In this document: positions 1 to 13,700 of the stretch, piece after piece | Numbering within the stretch: the stretch's first letter is position 1 | Layout: the number at the start of each line of letters is the position of its first letter | Assembly: GCA_015680685.1 (NCBI GenBank) | Contig: MNCI01001429.1 | Coordinates: 189,171 to 253,170, forward strand | Length of the DNA stretch: 64,000 bases | Reading direction: 5' to 3' | Source: Gnetum montanum | Taxonomy: Eukaryota; Plantae; Gnetophyta | Translations under genes and position numbers: made by a program | The notes under the pieces: model-generated | Told to the model about the DNA's origin: nothing | The model's input: the letters and a program-made list of their open reading frames with translations, nothing else | Databases searched by the model: none

Positions 1-3000
1 AACTCAAGGGGCTCTTACTTGAAGTTTTCAGGGATGTCCAACTCTCCCCAACATGTATCATCATCTTTTTCATTAGATAGTTGGTGATGAACTTGCTCAA
101 GTTCATCCATGCCTTCAACATAAGTACATGTCAGGCTCTCAGTAGGTTACAAGCATAATGTGCTACTATCAGAGTTAGCTGTTAGCCACTAGGTGCCCTC
201 CTATTTTGTGGCTGCTACGTATAGGCACCTTTGAATATCTTATTCATGTACACAGTAATTGCATGCTTTAATGAATGTACTTTTGATGGACTAGATCTTT
301 TGCACACAATTACACCCATTATCACTATACATGATGCATGGGACACGCTTCTTCTCTAAATGTCCAAATTCATTCTCCTTGGAGATTTCCAAGGAGAGGT
401 CCCTTATACCCATATGTGCATCTATTGTGCTTAACCAAGCCCTTCCCATAATGATGGTGAAGTCTCCTTTGCAGTTTTCAATCTTGATTAGTAGAAAATT
501 GATAGGGTAGGATCACCCACAAACTATGGTCATAATGTCCTCCACTAATCCTAAAGGAATAATGGTTGATTGATTTGCCAATTCTAGATGGCTGTTTCTC
601 TTCTTAAGAGGTGGTAGGTTCTAGGCTTTGTACATGTCATGGGAGATGAGATTGACACCAGAACTAGAATCAAGAAGAGCCTTGCATGGCTCATGTCCAT
701 CAATCTGCAAGTAAATCAGAGGACTTCCTAGGTTAGATCTTTTCATGGGAAGAGTACCAACCTTGATTTAATTAGAAATAACATGAGTTAACGTCATAGT
801 GTAGATTTGAGGTGGCACTTGGTTTAAAGGGTACTTGAATGTATTTGATGTAGAGGATGAGGATGTTGAAGATACAAGGCAACCAACCACATTAGGTTAT
901 GAGGGTTTGGAAGGACTGTTGGGTTGGAAAAATGGTTGTTTCTTGGAATGATTATTCGAACCATTTAGCTAGAAGGTAGGTTATGAATGTACAACCCTCG
1001 TAGCATTTTGTTGCTATGACTGTGGAGGAATTTCACCCTGCATGGATGAAGTAGGAGGTAATTGGGTCGAGGGTGGAGGGATATGCGTAGACAAATGCAG
1101 AGGATGCTATGGATATGAGTTCTCCCCTCAAGTAGATGTTGAATATGTTCAGTGGTACTCTAGAGGGTAATAGTGATGCTGAAATGAGGCATGGCTTGTA
1201 GAACTTCTTGAAGAGATAGGTTGCTAAACATAGTACCCATATGGATCTAGTTGCTTATAAGAGTACTGCTGTCTTGATAGTGGCATTCCCTATGATTGTG
1301 ACTGATGCCATTATTGGTATTGCTCATATGATTGTGGTGGAGCTCCACTTGGATAATAACCTTATTGGTGTTGGTAGAACTATCTCAGATTGCCTTGAGG
1401 ATAGGGCAATCATCTCGGTGCTTACCTTCTTGCTAGTCAAGGATTCAATACATACATCCTAGGCTCTTGTAAGTGTGACACTATAGGGCAACATCCCTTC
1501 AAATATTCATATTGACAAATATCACATCCAACATCATCATTAGAGTTCATCTCCATAATTTCTTCTATTGCAGTAGCTTTGCCCTTACGTCTTTGGTAGG
1601 CATGTTCAGCTTCTTTTTGCCTCCTACGGTTATGATCACTATTTTGCTCTTTGGATTCTTTAGTAGTCTTCATAGACGTTTGAGATTTCTCATCTAAAGA
1701 GTCCCATAATTTATCAACCTTTGCTGAAATATCAGAGACAGATTTTTGGATAAGCAAGGTTTTCCTATTCACCACTTCATCAAGTGGTGACTCCTCCTTG
1801 TCATAAAATCAAACCTCCCTTTTTTGATGAAAGGGTCCCTATCATACTCTTTTGCACTTTTCCTTTTTGCAACTAATCTTCTTCTTTTGCTACTTGCTCT
1901 ATCAGCCTTTAAATTTGATGAGCTCTCAATTTAGACAATCTTCCTTAAGCATACACCCCAACAGTTCTTTTGGTTTTTGCTTTGAGCCCATCTATGATGT
2001 GGTAGAGTTGTTCCCTCTGAGAATAACCATGGCTAGGGCATTAGTGTAAGAGTGAATAATATGTACCCATGGTAGCATCCAAGGGTTCATGTATTCCTTG
2101 TTTCCAGCCCTGGATCTTCCTTCTTAAGTTAGACACTCTAGAGTACGTTTGGTAGTTATCATTAAATAGTTCTAACATGGTACTCCATTAGTGAATGGAT
2201 TTTGGCTCCAAGGACTAGTACCAGCTTTCAAATTTCTTGATAAGTGTCATGGGGAATAGCTTGAGTTTTTGCTAGTCATTCTCAATGTTCTATAAGGTGT
2301 AGGTATCATGGAAAGCTTGTAGATGGTTCTACAGATCAAAGTTGTATCCCCCTCAAATCTTAGGATATTGTTCGTGTCTAAGCACTTGATTTGACTATCT
2401 TTCACATGCCTGGTTGGAATCTTAAATGCCTCTGCAATGTTAAGCATGCTTTGAGTTGTGAATAAAGGTTCATCATCATGATTGTGTTGATGACACCAAT
2501 GATGGTTTCTATCACCCCTTCATTCTTGGCAGGCTCTACAATCATTGTTATCCTGCTGATCACCTTCATCATGATTATTTCTTTGATGGCTTCTATTAGA
2601 ACCAGAAGATGAAGAGGAATGCTCAAAATTGGATAGAAAGGATGAAAAGGAAGGTGGACCACCACTACCACTATGGTGTCTTCCACCATCTTTTCACTCA
2701 TTACGATCCCCATCCTTAGATCCCTTGTCATTGTGATGTTTGCTCGAGTCCCTACCTTGACTGTCACTTTTCCTTGAACCTAGTTTATGAATAGTTGATC
2801 ACAAGTTTAAGGCCACCCCCTCATCACTAATAAGAGAGGGTGGAGAATCTTCATGTTGGGATCCCTTAGGGGGAGGATTCACATTGTCATCTTGGTTTAG
2901 TAGGAACAAAGGGTTAGTGAGATGTTTTTCCATCATAGCCTCGTGGTGCTTCTCTTGGTGTCAATCTCTCCTGAATTGTGTTTCAATGGAATGGTGCTCT

Positions 3001-4348
3001 CAAGTGTCATAACCATGCACAATGTATTCCTCATGAAGATCTAAGATGCCCAACTTCTTAAGAGTTTGAAAGAGCATCCATAGCATAGATCAATTGGGGG
3101 GCAATACGATGTTGCCCTCCATATCATGCCATTGTAATTGTTCATCTTGATGTAGGATGAAGGTGAAGTTTGGTACATACTCATTTGGATGAGTATATAC
3201 CACTTTGCACTCTTATGGGACTGGCGATTTGACATCTTCATGCTTGTGGGAAGAAGACATTTTGTAATAAACAAAATAATTAGTGTGCCTATGTAATTAT
3301 AGTTTGTGTGGAAGTGATGTTGACCTTAGGTTTATCCAATGAAATTAATAATGCTTACTAATCCTAGATAGTGCATGTTTCGACAAAGAAAGTCTTTGGC
3401 AATAGTGCCAATGATGAGTGATGATGTACCCCTACGCTCAACCATATGAATCACAAAGCATTTACACATGATCTGATCGAATTCCATGGACTTTATAGTT
3501 TCTCGTTCACTAGTCTTCTAGGAAGTGAATCTTTCCCTAAGGTCATTTGTTGTCTTCCCAATTACACTTGTGAAGTATAAAGGTATGGTTAAGTGTAATC
3601 AAGGCATATGATTTTTATCATTTTATGTTTTATGTTGTTTGGTGCTTAAAGAGAGAGATAAAGTAATTTAATGACTAATCTAAATTAACTAATTGACTGG
3701 TCTCTAACTAGTCCTAACATAAGTATCTAATCCCATTTTCTGTACACATCCTAAACCAACATATCCACTGCTGGGCTACCAAGTGCTACGCTATTGGGCA
3801 TACCAAGCAATAATGCAACTGGGTGCACTATGCAATAACACTACTGGGATTATCAAGAGAATATGTGTTACGCTCGAAGTGGTCATACTTATGTATTTAA
3901 TTTATCTAGCTTATCTTCCTTAATTAACTTGGTTACTGGAAAACATTAAATAAACAACTAAAAACATTGAATGCACGAATAAATATCTAAACTATCTAGA
4001 ATGCTACAAGGTTTATTAAGAAGCTTGTCTTTATTATCATACACATTGTCATGCTCAGGTACAACAATGCTCGAATAAAGATCCATATACTCAATGACTC
4101 CTGCTACGGGCACTCGAAAAAATATTTAAACTTTCAAATGGAAAAACTACAAGAGCTTTGCCACACTATGATTGACTGATGCCATAAATGAAGTTGGTGA
4201 GCTTGTATTTATAGGCAAGAACAGACCCTATGTCAATGGGGCCTAGTCAATGCATGAAATGATGCATTGATGGGGCCTAGTCGACGAGGCCCAATCGATG
4301 GGTTCTAGTTGATTGGGCCCAGTTGACATAGCCACCCATGATATATCA
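1..4348 (-). mobile_element. Athila-like Ty3/gypsy LTR retrotransposon, copy A (5' LTR, PBS, decayed gag and protease; runs off the left edge)
   Basis: Minus-strand LTR 3412-4348 is followed by a degenerate tRNA-Asp-type PBS (TTGGCACTATTGCC vs TGGCGCCGTTGCC). Protease motifs (LLDSSSGVNL, IIMGRAWL) lie at ~380-720. The sequence is colinear with copies at 23700-27100 (+) and 60750-64000 (-). Many stops and frameshifts. Confidence 0.88.
3412..4348 (-). repeat. 5' LTR of Athila-like copy A
   Basis: TG...CA termini on the minus strand. The 3' end (ATGGTTGAGCGTAGGGGTAC...CTCATCA) matches the other family LTRs. TATA at ~4205-4213 and GGGCC motif array at ~4230-4330. The outer boundary is not confirmed by a TSD. 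Confidence 0.75.
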
Positions 4349-5041
4349 AGTGGTAAAAGAAAAGAAAAAATGTGATAAAGCTAAAGATGTGAAAAATTAT
4401 GTTAATGTCAATGATATAAATGATCAAACAAGATAGAAGTTTTTGTGAATACTTTTACTTTCACTATAATAATTATTGATCAATTTGAATAGATAGCTCA
4501 TAAGATAGAAATTTTGTTATCTAACAAGAATATTATCAATTTAAAGATTAAAATTTTTGTTGATGTGTTGATGTGTCATTGGCAAGGGTTACTTCACCCT
4601 CCATTGCATAACAAGCGACAACTGTTGCACTTACTAAAGTTGCTACAATAAGGTGCTTTCATTGATTATTTCCTATGTTGTGGTGTCTACTCATGTTGGG
4701 CTATAGAAAATGATAAAGACTTTTGACATAAGGTCAATCCTATAGGAGTTTTTTAAAATTAATTTATTTAAGTTTTTAGTTTCAACAACCAATTGCTACA
4801 GCATTGATATTAAACTTCAATTTTAATTTTATCTTAAAAAGCTTTAATTTGGTTTCCACATAGATATAAGAAGAGAAAAAATGAAATAGATAAGAAGGAA
4901 TACCTTGTAACTAAAATAGTATAATCCTTAACAAATTAGAAGATGCTTGATATGTTTATCACCTTGCATTAGTTGGTGGTTTAATATGTTTTGACCTATG
5001 TTTCAAATGAAGCTATGGCTTTTGGTTTTATTATTAGCTAG

Positions 5042-5846
5042 TGATGAGTCATGAATTTGCTGGATGTGAGATCGCAGCCTAGCCGCGATATTAGGTACGC
5101 AACATCACGGCCTGCCTCAATTTCTATAAATAAGAGGTGGCTTTCCTTATTCTATGCATTAGTTCTTAGATTTTATTGTAAGTTTTTAAGTTTAGATTTC
5201 TCTTAGCCCTTTCCTCCCAGTGTATGCTCGCAGTGTGGTGATTGTAATTGTACGACATCCTTATTCGAGTGTGACGTACTTGGACATGCACATGACTAGA
5301 AATAAAGATCGAGATTACTTCATCATTGCAGCATTCACTTAGCTTAATTATTTATTTGTTATTTACTACTTTCTTAGTTAATATATCTTCGCCCTAAACT
5401 CTTGTTAAACATGGAATGAGTACGACTTGATTACAAGTATTTAAGTGTGACTACTTGGTAACCTAGGAGTGTACCTAGGATTTGCGCTTGGTAACCCCAG
5501 TAGTAGTCATGCACGAAGTTCAAGATGTGTACAAATGATTAAGGAACACATGCTCATCGCACTTAGGCTAGTTAGATACTTTCTCACCCTCTCTCTCTTA
5601 GCTTAGTTAATATCACTTTCCATTACACTCAGGAGTAGCATTAGTATAGGAACACATCATACACCTCATTCTGGACTAAACCATACGTGACAAAGTTAAC
5701 ACTATTCTAGATGGGAAGATAGCAAACTGTGACCTAAGGATAACTGTCTTGATACCACAACTATCTCGTCTATGGAGTTCGACCATATTGTGCGTTAAAC
5801 GCTCGTATTCGTATGGTTGAGTGTAGGGGTACCTCACCACTCATAA
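5042..5846 (+). mobile_element. Solo LTR of the Athila-like family
   Basis: Starts TGATGAG and ends CTCATAA (mutated CTCATCA). Perfect 5-bp TSD GCTAG (5037-5041 / 5847-5851). CTATAAATA at ~5124. The 3' half is homologous to the LTRs at 22791, 34165 and 51879. No PBS or PPT alongside. Confidence 0.9.
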
Positions 5847-7687
5847 GCTAGGTTGATCACAGTTTCTTTCAACTTAGCATTTAACTTGACAATCACACTT
5901 TGGAATCAAAGCTATTGTTGCAGGTTTTAATCTCTCTAGATACTTTGTTAATTTAGCTATGCAACATGCGCCTGAAGGGGAGATTATTTGATGTAGGAAT
6001 CATTACACCATATGTAATTTGAATTAGTAAGTTTACTTGAATAACATTGAGGTACTGATCTTGGCCTGAAAATTGCAAGTGACAAGTTTAATTCTACTAG
6101 GTAATGCTGAATTATAAATTTGAAAAAAAATTCTATAAATAGGTTAAAACAAATGTTAAAAAAAATTTTTAAATAGAAAAATATTTTGAAAAAGATTTCT
6201 AAATTGCTTTATCCCATCCTTAGTCATTGTTGTCATGTTACTTTTTAAGATAAAGCAATATTTTTAACATCCCAAACATTTCAAATTCTTTCATTGGTAA
6301 AGGCATACTAAGTTAAGAGTGGGTCCTTGGTCAACTCAAACTAGCTTTGATCACATCGCATTATTGTTTTCTAAACGGTGAAAAAAAATGATAGACCCGC
6401 AGCAGCACTTGACTGTACTAAAATATTTATGAACACTTTTGGTGTAAGGTTGATGTTATCTTCATCTAGCGATTTCAAATTGAAGCAAGAGAAACCACAA
6501 AAAATCATGGATGGCGTAACCACAATCAACATATCACTGCAAAATATGTGCGTTATTTCATAATTATGGATTGACTCGGCTTGAAGAAGTTTAGAATTAC
6601 AAATGCTGGAAGCACTATTCTAGCGTCATGCTAAATTAAAAATGGCACTTCTTGAGTAATTTTTGTCACAAAAGGCATAGAGTAATTGTATGCTCTGAGA
6701 ATACAACAACAACATAGATTGAAGTTTTACTTCGTACAAAGTCGATTAAGAAGAAAAAGTATATAGTGAAACTAATGTAATAAAAAACATTGATAGGGGC
6801 ACTCACTGCTGATACAGGTACGAAAGCTAAAAGGGAGTTGAATAGTATTTTCCTTAAAACTTATGTTCATTTTTCAGAGTTTTTTTCCCATGTGAATTAG
6901 TAAAAGTAATATCAAAGCACTCACGTTCTGAAATTGTTTTATTGTTTTATAATGTTTTCAAATTTACATCATATGCACCATTGTATTAGTAGATAAATTT
7001 TCAGCCTATTGTTTTTATATTGGCAATTTAGATTTACTCTAACAAGTGCTCTTTCTATCTTAGTGTCTAGTTTAAAATATTTTATAAAGACATGTTTTAT
7101 GAAATCTTTTGCCTGAAGTTTATTATTATTTATTGCTTTTATATTTATCTCCCTTTGCAAGACTTTATTAAATCCTAGTTCACGGAATTCTCCTATGTAG
7201 TGTGTACTATCCATGATGTTTAGTAGTGATGCAAAAAGTTTTCTAGGTTTTTCTACAACTTGCAGCTTACACAATAAGAATGAGTATGTGTTTTTGATAA
7301 GCTAAGAAAATTGTTATTGCATCTGTATTGCTATATTTTAACATAATTGGAACCTAATAAATATAGTGTTTTGATCACAATCTTGCATCAACATATGAAC
7401 TTCTATATCAAAAGCAAGCCTACAATTTCTCTTAGATTTCTAAGTTTTATGATCATCTTGAAACTGTTTATACTAAATCAACAACGTTTTGTGATTAGCA
7501 TGAAACCTAGAATGACCATTTTCTTTCTTTAAATTTAAATGCATAAAGGATCATGATCATCAATTTCAGAAAATAGAGTAATTAGGAAGTGGCACAGCCG
7601 GTATGCATTATGAAACTGAATTAAAACAGAATGTTCTGTTATGCTGAAAGACAAGATCTATTGGATAGAACACATTTTCATGAAATC

Positions 7688-7864
7688 CAAAAATAGTTTT
7701 AATAAAATGACTTACAATCATTATGGCTTCATCTACTCTAAAAATTTGCTTTTGTAATTAGTTTCTTGGAGACTCAGGTCAAAAATAGTTTTAATAAAAT
7801 GACTTACGAGGCTTCATCTACTCTAGAAATTTGCTTTTATAATTAGTTTCTTGGAGACTCAGGT
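7688..7864. repeat. Direct tandem duplication, two units of ~92 and ~85 bp
   Basis: CAAAAATAGTTTTAATAAAATGACTTAC...TTCTTGGAGACTCAGGT occurs twice, differing by one short indel and a few substitutions. Confidence 0.9.
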
Positions 7865-9579
7865 AAAAGTAATTACTTACCTTAGGAAAAGGACATAATT
7901 TTTTAGACAGATTGTTCCAGGGTATATCTGAAAGAGGAACTTTCAAAATCGGCAATCACTCTTTTGGTTGCACCAATGATAAGTTCACTTCCATTGCTAC
8001 TATCAAGATCACTTAACATTCTCAAATATATTAGCATGTAAATATTTACTTGTACTTTTAACCTTCTACTGCCTGATTGCAGATACAGGACTATTTGTCC
8101 ATTCTGTAAAATGTAATATTATATCCCTGAACATATTCACATAACTACGGTACATTGGCAAATGATTTTAGATTAAATCCATTGCATGTGATGAATCTTC
8201 ATCAGACATCATCAACAACAAACAAATCCTGACAAATTTTGACTCTTATTTTCACTGAGAATATCTTCATCAGTTCTAAGAGGAAGTATTTTACATACAG
8301 ATAATTAAAAAAGAAAAAAGAAATTCAAAAGCATAAATCCTGAAAGCACTACCCAACCATCAAGCTAAATTAATTAGCGAACAATAGTAAGGTCCTCTGA
8401 ACATCTTTTTACCCATAAAAAGCAGACTAATTGTATGCTGCTCTTGACAACACTACATTAAATATATTTTGATAAGGTGATTTGAGACGGTCATAAAAGC
8501 ATAGACATAGACTAAAGATTTACCATGTACCAATACTGTAGAATCATAGGCACATACTAAAATTTATACAATAAAACACATTGATAAAGACCCTCACACA
8601 AACAAGCACAAAACTATAAAGCAAACTTACTACATTTGACAACATTGGAGATGCAATCCAAAGAACCAAGGAAAGGCATTCCAACAAAAATACAGAGCAA
8701 TTGTGCCACCATATGATAATCCAAATACCATCAATGATACATGTTCATTAACCCAATCCCACCAATCATGATGGGACTTTGTCTCTGTCTTGTAGACTTT
8801 GTTTCATTTTCATCTTTGCATGGAATGTTGGTCAGAAATCCACACAAACATTCATTCTCTGGAATTGAACTTACACCATATGTTGAAAATTGTGTGATTC
8901 TGGGAATCCTACCACATAATGTGTTATGAGAAACATTCAAAACACTTAAAAAGTCTAATGATTGCAACTGCATTGGAATTTTGCCTCATAAATTGTTCCA
9001 TCTTAAATCCAAATGTTCTAGAAGTTGTAGTTTCCCCATTGATGGAGGTATGTGCCTAGTCAACATGTTATAAGATAAATTCAACAATCTCAAGGTAATG
9101 AGGGTTCCTATACTTTTTGGAATCTCACTTATCAAATTGTTACTTGAAAGATCTATCACATTGTTACCTACTATCACTGGTACATCCTCTAGCTCCAGCC
9201 CTTTCTCTATCAAGATTACTATTACTACCTCCAACACATTCTCATCATTGTCTTCTCTATCCTCTGATTGTTGAAATTGCTTGAGCATGTTGAGCTGGGA
9301 TGGAGAATTTCCAAGAAAGTGATTGTTAGACAGTTCCAACACTCATAGCTGTGTGAAGTTGACTATCCATTCAGGAATGGTACCTTCAAACATGTTATGG
9401 CCCAGATCTAGCATTGTATGGTTATGCATTCTCCTTAAATAATCTGGTAGAGAACCGGTTAGCATATTCCTTCTCAAATCTAAGACAAGGATATTTTTGC
9501 AATTAATCAAAGAGTAGTTTGACAAAGGTCCAAAGAAATGATTTAGATGCACTCATAGAGCTAGCATGGAAGATGGACA

Positions 9580-9955
9580 TGTTAAGTTAAGTGGTGACTG
9601 ATCCAACACGGGTCAAAACTAGTTAGCAACAGTTAGAGCAATAGTTCCAGCAGTTAGAGTAATAGTTAGCAGTAGTTAACAGCAGTGAGCAATAGTTAGC
9701 AGTAGTTAACAGCAGTTAGAGCAATAGTTAACTAGTAGTTACTGGTTCCAGCAGTTAGTGGTTCATGTCCAGTTTCCGTTCTCTTCCGTAACGGCCCAAA
9801 AAAATTCCTGTAACCATAATTGTATCTAACAATTATTATTTAATAACAATTCTCATGTATTTTCGGTGGTGTGCTTGCCTAAATGCCACACAAAGCTGTG
9901 TGTGTTGCCTGTGTTTTCTTTTTCTTCGGTTCTTTATCTGTTCCTAAATTTAACA
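9580..9955 (+). repeat. Copia 5' LTR with internal (C/T)AGTTA-rich short repeats
   Basis: Ungapped match to 14760-15135; about 27 differences in 376 bp by eye. Confidence 0.96.
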
Positions 9956-10367
9956 ACTGGTATTAGAGCCACGGATTCATGGGAGCAATGGCATCCAAGG
10001 ATGGGAAAGTCCGGATTGACAAATTCAATGGAACAGACTTTAGGTTCTGGAAGATGCAGATTGAAGATTATTTATATCAAAAGAAGTTACATGAACCGCT
10101 GCTAGGGAAGAAGCCAGATCAAATGGATCAAGAAGATTGAAATCTCTTAGATCACCAGGCACTTGGTGTGATTAGATTGACATTGGCAAGAAACGTCGCT
10201 GTTGATGCATAAATTTTGGTCATGCCAACACCGGAAAAACTCATTTGAGGAGACTATAGCCTAGGGCACCTCCTGTATGGGTACGGAAACCCAAGAATAG
10301 TCTCAGCTGGAAAGAGCCATGTGACCAAGTGATAGAGAGATAGAAAACATAGAGAGAGATAAAACAT

Positions 10368-10406
10368 NNNNNNNNNNNNNNNNNNNNNNNNNNNNNNNNN
10401 NNNNNN
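10368..10406. other. Assembly gap (39 N)
   Basis: Run of N directly adjacent to a 159-bp tandem repeat. Confidence 0.99.
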
Positions 10407-10734
10407 ACCGCTAACTACATAAACATCATGCACAAATCCACCGTCCACCACATGCCGTTTGCTGAAATAAAAGAAGATAGAGAGAAGATCCACCGACAGG
10501 ATGCATGGTTGTGTTGCTGCAAGAATCATGTGTAGTTGCGATCAAACATCACCAATGCCCTGCAAACCGCCAACTGCATAAACATCATGCACAAATCCAT
10601 CATCCACCACATGCCATTTTCTAAAATAAAAGAAGATAGAGAGAAGATCTACCGACAGGATGCATGGTTGTGTTGCTATAAAAATTATGTGTAATTGCGA
10701 TCAAACATCACCAATGCCCTACGAACCGCCAACC
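10407..10734. repeat. 159-bp tandem repeat, two units plus the start of a third
   Basis: ACCGC(T/C)AAC recurs at 10407, 10566 and 10725, with colinear sequence between. Confidence 0.9.
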
Positions 10735-13700
10735 GTTGTTACTGCACACACTGTCAACCACCCAGAGAAAGGGGAGGTTCAATCCATGGCTTCACGGCCT
10801 TGGCCTCACTAGCTTAGGGCTTCCTGGCCTGACTTCTCCTCATCCTCGTTCTCCATCACCTTGATGGCTTTTTATAGCCAATTTTAGGATTAGGGTAACC
10901 CATCTTTTTTTTTTCCAATTTTTATTTTTATTTTTTTTATTTTATTTTTTATTCTTCTTTCTTTTTTTTAAAATAAACAAAGGCCCCATGCCAAGAATGG
11001 GCGTGTTGGTACCAACAGTCGCATTCAACATTGTTAATGAGACAACCACTGCAGGTTTAATGAAAATGTTGTCAAGTATGTATGAAAAGCCATCTGTTGC
11101 AAACAAGGTATATTTGATGCGTTGGTTGTTCAATCTGAAGATGGGTGAAGGTGCATTAGTTACAAATCACATCAATGAATTTAATATGATAATTAGTCAA
11201 TTGAATTCAATGGCAATCACCTTTGAGGACAAAATCTTGGCATTGATTTTGCTGTCATCTTTGCTAGAGAGTTGGTCTGCAATAGTGACTGTTGTGAGTA
11301 GCTCATCAAGTACTTTAAAATTAAAGTTGAATGATATTCGAGACTTGATTCTTAGCAAGGACATTCGCAGAAGGGAGTAAAGAGAATCCTCAGGGTCTGC
11401 TTTGAATACAGAAAGCAAAGGTAGGAGCTCACAACGTGGTCAAAACCATGGTAATGGTAGATCGAAGTCCATAGGTAGAGGAAAATATAAAAATCACAGG
11501 GAAGTTGTTTGCTGGAATTGTGACAAGAAGGGTCACTTTAGAAATCAGTGTAGGGCACCTAAGAAGAAAAAAAATCACACTCAAGATGATGAATCAGTGA
11601 ATGCAGCAGAGGAGATTATTGTTGATGCTTTGATTTTGTGTGGACAATCCCATTAAATCTTGGATTCTGGATTCAGGTGCTTCATTCCACTCCACTCCAT
11701 GCAAGGAATTATTACACAATCATGTTGCAGGGATGTTTGGAAAGGTTTATCTTGCAGATGATGAACCTTTGGATATTGTGGGGAAGGATGAAGTTGAAAT
11801 AAAGACCACCCAAGGGATGCAATGGAAATTGCAAGATGTAAGACATGTTCTTGGACTTAAGAAAAATTTAATCTCCATGAGTTATATGGATTTGGATGGG
11901 TATACAACAACATTTGGCGATAGATCATGGAAGATGACCAAGGGAAACTTGGTTGTTGCATGAGGCAGTAGGGTGAGAACATTGTACATGACTACAACAA
12001 CGAAAGATGCAGTTGCAGTTGCTAACTATGATGGTGATTCAATCCTATGGCACCAAAAACTTGGGCACATGAGCAAAAAAGGTATGGAGTTGTTGGCTTT
12101 AAAGGGAAAGTTACCAAAGTTGAAGTGTGATGATGTTGGCTTGTGTGAAGATTGTGTTTATGAGAAGCAAAAACGAGTTACTTTCTCAAAGATAGGGAGG
12201 ATACCATAGATTGAAAAGCTTGAACTGGTGCATTCAGATGTATGGGGGCTAGCTCCAGTGAAGTCTCTTGGAGGCTCAAGCAATTATGTCACCTTCATTG
12301 ACGATTCCACTAGGAAGGTATGGGTTTATTTTCTTAAAAATAAATCTGATGTGTTTGCTACTTTTAAAAGGTGGAAAGCTGAAGTAGAAAATTAGACTGG
12401 TTTAAAAATAAAATGTCTGAAGTCAGATAATGGAGGGGAATATGACAGCCAAGAATTCAAGAATTTCTATTCAGAAAATGGGATCAGGATTATCAAGATA
12501 GTTCTAAGAACGCCAGAGCAAAATAGTGTTGCTGAACAGATGAACAGAACCTTGAATGAAAGAACTAGGAGCATGAGAATACACTTTGGGCTACCAAAGT
12601 TCTTTTGGATAGATGCAGTTAACACAGCAGCCTACCTCATTAATCGAGCACCTTCAGTTCCATTGGAGTTTAGAATACCAGAGGAGGTATGGACTGGGAA
12701 GGAGGAAAATCTTTCACATTTGAAAATTTTTGGGTGTGTCTCGTATGTGCATATTGATTCAAATGATAGAGATAAGCTTGATCCTAAAGCCAAGAAATGT
12801 TATTTTATTGGCTATGAAAATTTTGGTTATCGTTTCTGGGATGATTAAAATAGGAAAATTATTAGACATAGGGATGTCATTTTTAATGAACACATGGTGT
12901 GCAAGGATAGGTTCGGTTTAGAATCCAACATTGCAGGGAAGCAAGAAAAGGAATGTGAGAAGGCTGAACTGGAAGAGATATCTGAGAGGGATGTGGATGG
13001 AAGGACTCAAGCAAATCCTGGAAACAGGATAGCTGAAAATGAAAATGACGTTGTAGAAACAGCCACACCAGAGCCTCAGTTGAGAAGGTCTGCAAGAACA
13101 CCAAAGCCTAGAGAAAGGTACTCTCCCTCGTTACATTACTTATTGTTGACTGATGCTGGGGAACCAGAATGTTTGGATGAAGCAATGCAGGCAACAGATT
13201 GTGTTGAGTGGGAGGTGGCTATGAGAGATGAGATGAAGTCACTCCACAAAAATATGACATGGACACTAACTGAGTTGCCAGAAGGAAAGAAGGCATTGCA
13301 GAATAAGTGGGTGTACAGGGTCAAGGAAGAACATGATGGCAGCAAAAGATACAAAGCAAGGTTAGTAGTTAAGGGTTTCCAACAGAAAAAGGGAATTGAC
13401 TACACAGAAATTTTTTCACCTGTAGTAAAGTTGACTACTATTAGAGTAGTGCTAAGTATTGTGGCTGCTGATGATTTGCATCTAGAGCAGCTAGATGTCA
13501 AAACTGCATTTCTACATGGTGACCTCGAAGAAGACATTTACATGACACAACTAGAAGGCTTCCAAGTTCCAGGGAGGGAAAATCTGGTGTGTAAATTGAA
13601 GAAAAGCCTGTATGGGTTGAAGCAGGCTCCAAGGCAATGGTACAAAAAGTTTGATGGATTTATGTGTAAAAATGGCTTTGTTCGAAGCGAGATGGATCAC

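Larger units (their letters stand above)
10200..11017 (-). mobile_element. Solo-LTR-like unit (TGTTG...CAACA family, copy 1) nested in copia gag
   Basis: TGTTG/CAACA termini with TSD GTCGC (10195-10199 / 11018-11022). Gag reads ...LARNVA|FNIVNE... across the insertion. Strand inferred from CTATAAAA on the minus strand at ~10871-10878. Confidence 0.88.

Noticed and set aside
5850-8600. Kinase exons that would make the LRR gene an RLK
   Set aside because: No kinase motifs (GxGxxG, HRD, DFG) were seen downstream of the transmembrane segment, and the short ORFs here look like AT-rich noise.
10250-10320. Conserved hairpin as a hammerhead ribozyme (retrozyme)
   Set aside because: A stem followed by GAAAC is present, but there is no CUGANGA core in the required position on either strand.
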